64,000 nt of DNA from Eledone cirrhosa (Eukaryota), in NCBI GenBank assembly GCA_964016885.1, contig OZ024742.1:281356001-281420000 (forward strand). Direction: 5' to 3'. Shown here in pieces: positions 53,930 through 64,000 of this stretch. A program made the position numbers and the translations under genes. The first letter of the stretch is position 1, and each line of letters starts with the position of its first letter. The notes beneath the pieces were generated by a model. The model did not search any database, was not told the origin of the DNA, and saw only the letters and a list, made by a program, of their open reading frames with translations.

Positions 53930-54750
53930 CCATAGTTGGAACACTTCTCGTCGGAACCGACGGAATTCACACATAAATGAGCTCAAGTTGTGCAGGCATA
54001 GCCTTCGTCCTTTCTTCTTCTTCGCCCACTTATTTGTGGCAGTATAGTGAGAGCAGAGACTTCCATGGGGTTCTGTCACAAGCATCAGTCCCCAATTGAG
54101 ACGGCTGTATCTTCAAACCACATTGTTCATGAGCTGGCTTGAACTTGACCATATTCCGACGTGTCTTTGCCAGGCACTTAGCATGGACTTTACAGGGGAA
54201 GCTTAACAAAGAGCTCCCTCTATACTGGAGCAATCTCTCTTGTCTTTTCTTTTGAAAATTGGGATAATCACTCCCGATTGCTATTGCTTAGGGGTTTTCC
54301 CAGAGATGCATGTCACCCAGCACACATGAGTCGGCAAAAGAATACCTTCTAGATTTAATGCTTTTAACATCTCGAGCCGAATTTTATCCTCCACACCACC
54401 CTGGCAACATTGGAGCTCTTTAAGATATAAGGGGAATGGAGGACAGTGGTCAATATTTGATATTGTTATTGTATCTCATCACTTAGATTCTGTGTTGGAT
54501 ATTCGTGTCATGAGAGGGAATGAGCTATCTACTGATCGCCATCTAGGTATCTGCATCATTAGACTACATAAAGACAAGCGAGCCAACTAAACCTGCAGTT
54601 CCGGCTCGGCTTATGGGATCAAGAGTGAAGCGTTGGCAGATTAGGCAGATAATATTCCATTCAAATTCAGAGAATTCCCTGAATTCCCTCAACAAACCGA
54701 GGACGTAGGAACGGACTGGAGACTGTACAGCAGACATAGCCGAATTTATA
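53930..54750. mobile_element. Rearranged RTE (Expander/Rex3-like) LINE remnant
   Basis: Minus strand LLSFPCKVHAKCL...EQCG (RT start); plus strand SIFDIVIVS..SVLDIRVMRGNELSTDRHL (APE endonuclease C-terminus). Confidence 0.65.
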
Positions 54751-55549
54751 ACAGCTTGGCTTCACAATTATGAGTTGCTCCCGCTGTCAACTACAGCCGG
54801 GAATTGACCCAAGTCTTGAAAAGATAGAACCTTAATAGAAGTCCTTAGGCAGCCTATAACTATGTCGTAAAAAGCAAGCATTTTCAAAACAAATAAACGC
54901 TAAATATAGAAGATTGGTGTAAGTGTATGGGAGGGAAGGAGAAAGAAAAAGTGATAAAGAGAAGAAAACTGGAATGTGGCTTTATTTACTGATCTGGGAA
55001 GGATGAAAGACAAAGTTCTGGGCGAGATTTGTACTTCGAAATCTGTGAACCGGAGCAAGGAGCAAGGCATGTTTAATCCGACGCCCAAAGCATTCTGCCA
55101 TTTCGCCATCTTAAGCAATGGTGTAAAGTTACCTAATGTATAAAACATTTTCCTTCAAGGCCGAACAAGAACTCAGCTCGACATGATCTCCTTTGGTGTT
55201 TATCTTGTGTGCATAAACCGCCCCTAATGTAATTCTAACCAAAATTAAAAGCAATGTAAAGCGATAATAGCTTAGGGGAATATTTTACAGTATTAGATTT
55301 ATGGCTGATTTCAGTCACAGATACAACATAATCTGCAGCAAAACCATAATATTCCCACAACAATAATTTAAATTTTATTTAGACAAATAATTGGTGTTAA
55401 CATTTACGTTAAAATTTACGCTGGTTTTGCTTGTTGCGGCTAATTCTGCGTATATATGTGTCTTGTCCGTTGATCCTATGATTGCACTGTTGAAATTCCA
55501 AAGTAAATAAGACTAACTATTTAGCCATGGTAGGAAATATATATGTGTG

Positions 55550-55815
55550 TGAAGAACCCCTTCGGTTACAAATCACCATGGGACTTGTATCTAGATTTCA
55601 AGAGTTACACTTCCCGAATGGTTGTTTGTGGAAGACACGAGTCTCTCCTCTACAAGCCACTGATGTAGTCTGAAAGTAAAGCACTAGTGTTCTAGCGACT
55701 CATTTCTACAACTGAGTAAACTGGAGCAACGCGGAGTAAAGTGTCTTACTCAAGGACACAACGCATCAACCGGTCGGAGAATCGAAGACACAAGCTCAAT
55801 ATCTTAAACCATGAG
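55550..55815 (-). mobile_element. SINE (family B type)
   Basis: actggagcaacg..aagtgtctt.ctcaaggacacaacgc core; related copy at ~34480-34610. Confidence 0.6.
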
Positions 55816-55823
55816 CACTGAGA

Positions 55824-55868
<45 letters not shown>

Positions 55869-55882
55869 AAACACACACACAC

Positions 55883-55935
<53 letters not shown>

Positions 55936-56462
55936 CAAAGTGTTAAAACGATCAAATTTTAGTTTAGAACATTTATTAGCTGACAATTGAAACCGGCTAG
56001 TACCTAGTACTACCCTACATATTTATAGTTATATCAAACATATATAAATATAAATATTCTTAGTACTATATATATACATATATACATATCTACCTATCTA
56101 TCTACCTATCTATGCATGTATATATAATATACATACATATATATATACATATATATAGGTTTATCCCGGGTTCAGTCGGGGGTAACAAAGAGTAAGTAAG
56201 GTACTCATACATAGCAGATTATAAATATTTAGTATAGTAATGGCTTCTACAGGACTAGAACTGTTTCATTGATTTCTCCCGAATTAAACAGAAATAGTCC
56301 TGTAGAAACCATTTCTATGTATATATATATATATATTAGAAAGTGAGGTTTTTTACAAAATGAAAAATAACCCAGGTGTCCTACACGAGTGAAAGTATAA
56401 AGAAAAAAAGATGAAATCGAAAATGCAGAAAATAAGAGTCCAGTTGCATTTTCGATTTCATC

Positions 56463-56535
<73 letters not shown>

Positions 56536-56556
56536 GTATGTTTGTATCTATCTATG

Positions 56557-57165
56557 TCAGGTCACCACTTGGTGCTACTGGTAACATGTATCCCAGTACA
56601 ACCTGTCTCATGGTCGGGTCGTTGGCGACTAAACTGGCAACCCCACCGAGGTTTCTTGGTGAGGAGGGTGACTTTGGACATCCTGCAGGACTAAAAACAA
56701 AACCTGTCAAAGGGCAAAGGAGCTCTTAAGAGTCAATGGCCATCCAAAATCACTGGGAGAGTTGACCCCTTAGGCTTTGTCAAGGCAGAATTCTAGGAGA
56801 AGGAAAACTCTGATATAACACCTGCAACCCTGATGGTATCCAATGATGTTGACTTGTTCTTCTTTTTGGTAAATATCATCTTGGTTAAAAGAGTGGGACT
56901 GGCTTTGTGCAGTGCCTTTGCTCACTATAAAAGCTTCACGGCACAGGCATTGCTTTGTATCTGGAGATCTCTCTGCACTTGTCGTCACATGGTACCATCG
57001 GCCCAGCACTATGTCTCAATAATTGTCACAAGTGTAGTGTTTGTACCAGAGTTTTCAAGTCGCTGGCTGGACTAAAAAGTCACACTCGTTCAGTGCATCG
57101 GTAGGGGTTCTCCTACATGGATATAAAGTAGTGGCCGTACTCGAAAACGAGTTGGCAGCCACCAT
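56557..57165 (+). mobile_element. Non-autonomous RTE-related element (5' module plus C-terminal finger and 3' tail)
   Basis: Head is similar to 18924; ggctggactaaaaagtcacactcg matches 20617-20640; tail gtggccgtactcga..gcagccaccatc. Confidence 0.7.
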
Positions 57166-57324
57166 CTATCTATGTATGTATACATATATATGTAAAATTA
57201 TAAGTGTGAAGAAAAATGTTTAACCAATTTTACTGCGTAGTACATATTGCAGTTTCGCTAGTGCCATGTAGCATGTGCAACCACATTGCAGTTGCACCTT
57301 AGCTAGCTATGAGTCTACAAGCTT

Positions 57325-57355
<31 letters not shown>

Positions 57356-57430
57356 TACTCTTTTACTCTTTTACCTGTTTCAGCCATCCAGCTGAGGCCA
57401 TGCTGGGGCACCGCCCTTGAATATATATAT

Positions 57431-60777
<3,347 letters not shown>

Positions 60778-60780
60778 TAT

Positions 60781-60816
<36 letters not shown>

Positions 60817-60818
<2 letters not shown>

Positions 60819-61164
60819 TTCTTTATTAGCCACAAGGGCGCAACAAGAAAGGGGACAATACAAAGACATGCCGGGGACTTTACATACAGTCGTGTAAAAA
60901 ATATAAAAACAAACAATTTCAACAATCGAAATCCCCAATAGGGGGGAGGCGCCACAAATGGGTTGTTTAATACCCCGTCGATAGAACAACCCTCAACTCA
61001 AGGAGCGTGTTGTGCAAGTGCTCCCTTCTTCCTTTTGCTCTCTTCCTCAACCTACAGGCTTATAAACAGAGAAGGCCCAATCACTCGGGCCATTTTCGCT
61101 TCATTCACCCACCTTTCAGTAAATTTACTGGGGTGCAGTGCCTCTCTCTCCACCCTGATTCTCC

Positions 61165-61167
<3 letters not shown>
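60817..61167 (-). mobile_element. 3' fragment of a related Tx1-like element inserted in (CTAT)n
   Basis: Similar to 57547-57865; flanked on both sides by (GATA)n. Confidence 0.85.
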
Positions 61168-61234
<67 letters not shown>

Positions 61235-61559
61235 TGCCACCAGTTTGAGAAAACACCATAGTTCTGGATTGGGCAGATCAAAATATCGAAATAACGGAGC
61301 TAAACTTTGTGTCATCATCATGTTTTTTCTGTTTTTTTCTGTTCAAGTACTAGCTGTCCGTTGAGGTCATAGGTGTGTAATAATGTTTATCACCGAAATA
61401 TATAAAACAGCGAATATAATTAAACGACGTTAACTTTAACCTGATGAATTACACTTCTTACTTTTAAATTACTCCGGAGTAAACAGACACACCTACACAC
61501 TACGTTCAGTGCTCTCCCTTGCAAACTGAAGTGTCGATAACTAACCAAGACATACTACA

Positions 61560-61684
<125 letters not shown>

Positions 61685-61923
61685 TATTTATTCTATATCT
61701 ATCTATATATCTATCTATATATATATATATATATATATATACAAATATAAATTAGCGAGAATCGTTTTTCGGCTATAGGAAATTAGCGAAAAACAACTTC
61801 CGAGGTATGTGGCAAGCGCTCAGTAGAATCTAACGAACCAGTGCTACAACATACGTTAAAAGGCCAAACACACTGAGACGATGGTTAAACCATTATCCGC
61901 ACAGCCATAGAAACGACCATATA

Positions 61924-61966
<43 letters not shown>

Positions 61967-62089
61967 CCAACGATTAATATGGTTCATTGGTTAGTATTAA
62001 AATAGATTAGAAGCCCTCTTCAGTGAGGTTTTCTGGAGTTATTATTCTTCAGAATAATAATAAATGAAGACATTCACATAATCAAAATA

Positions 62090-62154
62090 TATTTTATTAT
62101 ATATATTTCGAAGGTACTGTGCTGTTTTTCAGTACGTCCTCGTCAGATAAAATA
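62090..62154 (-). ncRNA. Hammerhead ribozyme (type I, minimal)
   Basis: Minus strand: tattttat-CTGACGA-ggacgtactg...cagtaccttc-GAAA-tatata-TA-ataaaata. Confidence 0.82.
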
Positions 62155-63229
62155 CAAGAATTGATGTATGAAATACATCAACTGTCTTGATAGTTCAATT
62201 CCAGTATTGGCAGTGATTTATTACCACAAATCTCAACATTTATATAACAGAAATAATAACATGATACACTTAAATTTAAAGAAGAAGATGATGTGGAGCG
62301 AGATATGGTTATATGGAAGGGGAAAAGCAAGAAGAAAATAAATAAACACATACATACATAAATATTTAAATGAGTAAATAGAAGTATTAGGGAATAACTA
62401 TATAAAAAGAAAAAGGAAGAGAGAGAGAGAAGAGAGAATAAGAAAGAAGAAATAACGACAAAAAAGAAAGAAAGAAAGAAATGATGCGAATATGTATAAA
62501 CCGTTGTTTTCAAATATTAAGCCAAATTGAAGTAACCAATTAGATAACATGAAATGTTTAATATCTTTAGTATTTTGGTTATGTTTAAGCTAATTATACT
62601 TATATATTATATCAAAATTTAACAATAAAAAAGAAAAGTTTTCTTCTAGAGCCATCAGATTCATAGTTTAATTAAGTAGTATATTCATTAATTCTTGTTA
62701 TAATATTTAAAAACATTTTTATCTTTAAAGCATATTTAAATAATTATTAAATATGTATAAAGATAACTATTAAAACATATGCCTATATCACCACCAGTAT
62801 AAATATTAAATATTATATTAAGATCATTTATTATCTGAATTATTCAATTTTCTTTATAAAATCTTTTCAATTCATTGATTGTCATTTCATTACAGGATTA
62901 ATTTGTAGTTATCTTTAATCTCAAAAGTTTTATTATTTCTAATTTACTTCCATAATTACTTATTATTATATATAGTTTCCCTTTAAGGATTACCAAATAT
63001 TATTAGACTGATATAAATCATGTTAAATATACTTTAGCAAGCTATTCGGATAGAACAAAATTATTTACGAAGAATGTAAACAAAGGAAGATAACTTGTTC
63101 ATCATATGTGAACATTTAAAACATTTAAGTATTTTGAAAAACAATAAAAAGATATTTCAAAACGCAAATCAAGAAATAATGAAAACATAGGATACTGAGA
63201 AACATCATGAGATTAATTTACTATATAAA

Positions 63230-64000
63230 AGGGGCAAAATAATTTTTACCGGTAATCCAGATAAAAAAATGTTCTACATCACTCTCACAATTAATATTGT
63301 TTTTAGAAAGAAAAAAATATCAAATACTCAATTTCTTGGAATAAGTTATAAAATTCTGATTCTTACCAGAATTCATCCCTTTCAGTAAATTGCAACCTTT
63401 GCAATTTAGAGACTCTATTGATAATTCCAAATTATGGTAATTTAATTAATAAGAAAAATGAATTATTTAGCAGCTGTCAACATAAGTCTAGAAGAACTTT
63501 TCAAACATTATACAAATTTCGAATGTGAATATAAATGTCGAGGGGTTTCGCTGGCCGTGGTGATCCCTGCCAAAACAACTATTGTAATGTATCGTCTTAT
63601 TGGCTAATTTCATCGTCTTATTGGCTAATCAACCAATGAGAGTAATTGTTGCTCAAAAGCCTCCGCCACTTTGTTTGCACGTTTATTTATCGTTTGGCTT
63701 TCGAATCTTCCTCCTGTATTTCGTCGTTTAGCATCAAAATAGTTTTCTCGTTTTGGTAAGATATATTGTTAATTTATATATGATTTTTAAAATTTATATT
63801 AACTGTTTTTTTTTCAGTTCGTTATAACGTGCTTATAATATTGGTTGTATCATATTTACTTGTATATTTGTCCATATTATTGTTCGTGTTATGTTAGATT
63901 ATTTTATTATTATTATGTTAGATTATTTTTTTTATTATTATGTTAGACTATGTGTATGTAATATTTAATTTTTATTAATTCAACTATAACAATTATTGTG
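63230..64000 (+). mobile_element. Neptune-type PLE 3' remnant (GIY-YIG C-terminus and pLTR-like region)
   Basis: CNLCNLETLLI...NLINKKNELFSSCQHK matches the C.LCL.EK..I...LNK..EL.S.CRH motif. Confidence 0.75.

Overview
AT-rich, microsatellite-saturated eukaryotic non-coding DNA. The SINE families and (TA)n/(CA)n load suggest a cephalopod (Octopus-like) genome, which is an inference. I found no convincing host protein-coding exon; most ORF-track entries are translated microsatellites. The window is a mosaic of retroelement debris: Penelope-like elements (PLE; one RT + GIY-YIG segment is still open at ~38480-39584), L1/Tx1-clade LINEs, R4/Dong-like and CRE-like restriction-like-endonuclease (RLE) elements, RTE elements, many tRNA-derived SINEs and MITEs. 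The most striking signal is a dense set of short (130-700 bp) non-coding elements from several unrelated families. Nearly all sit between (TA)n tracts, many are folded back as inverted repeats, and many carry a minimal type I hammerhead ribozyme (CUGAnGA...GAAA...UH) with a self-complementary stem III. Some families have non-canonical cores repeated across copies. Coordinates were read by eye and may be off by a few bases.
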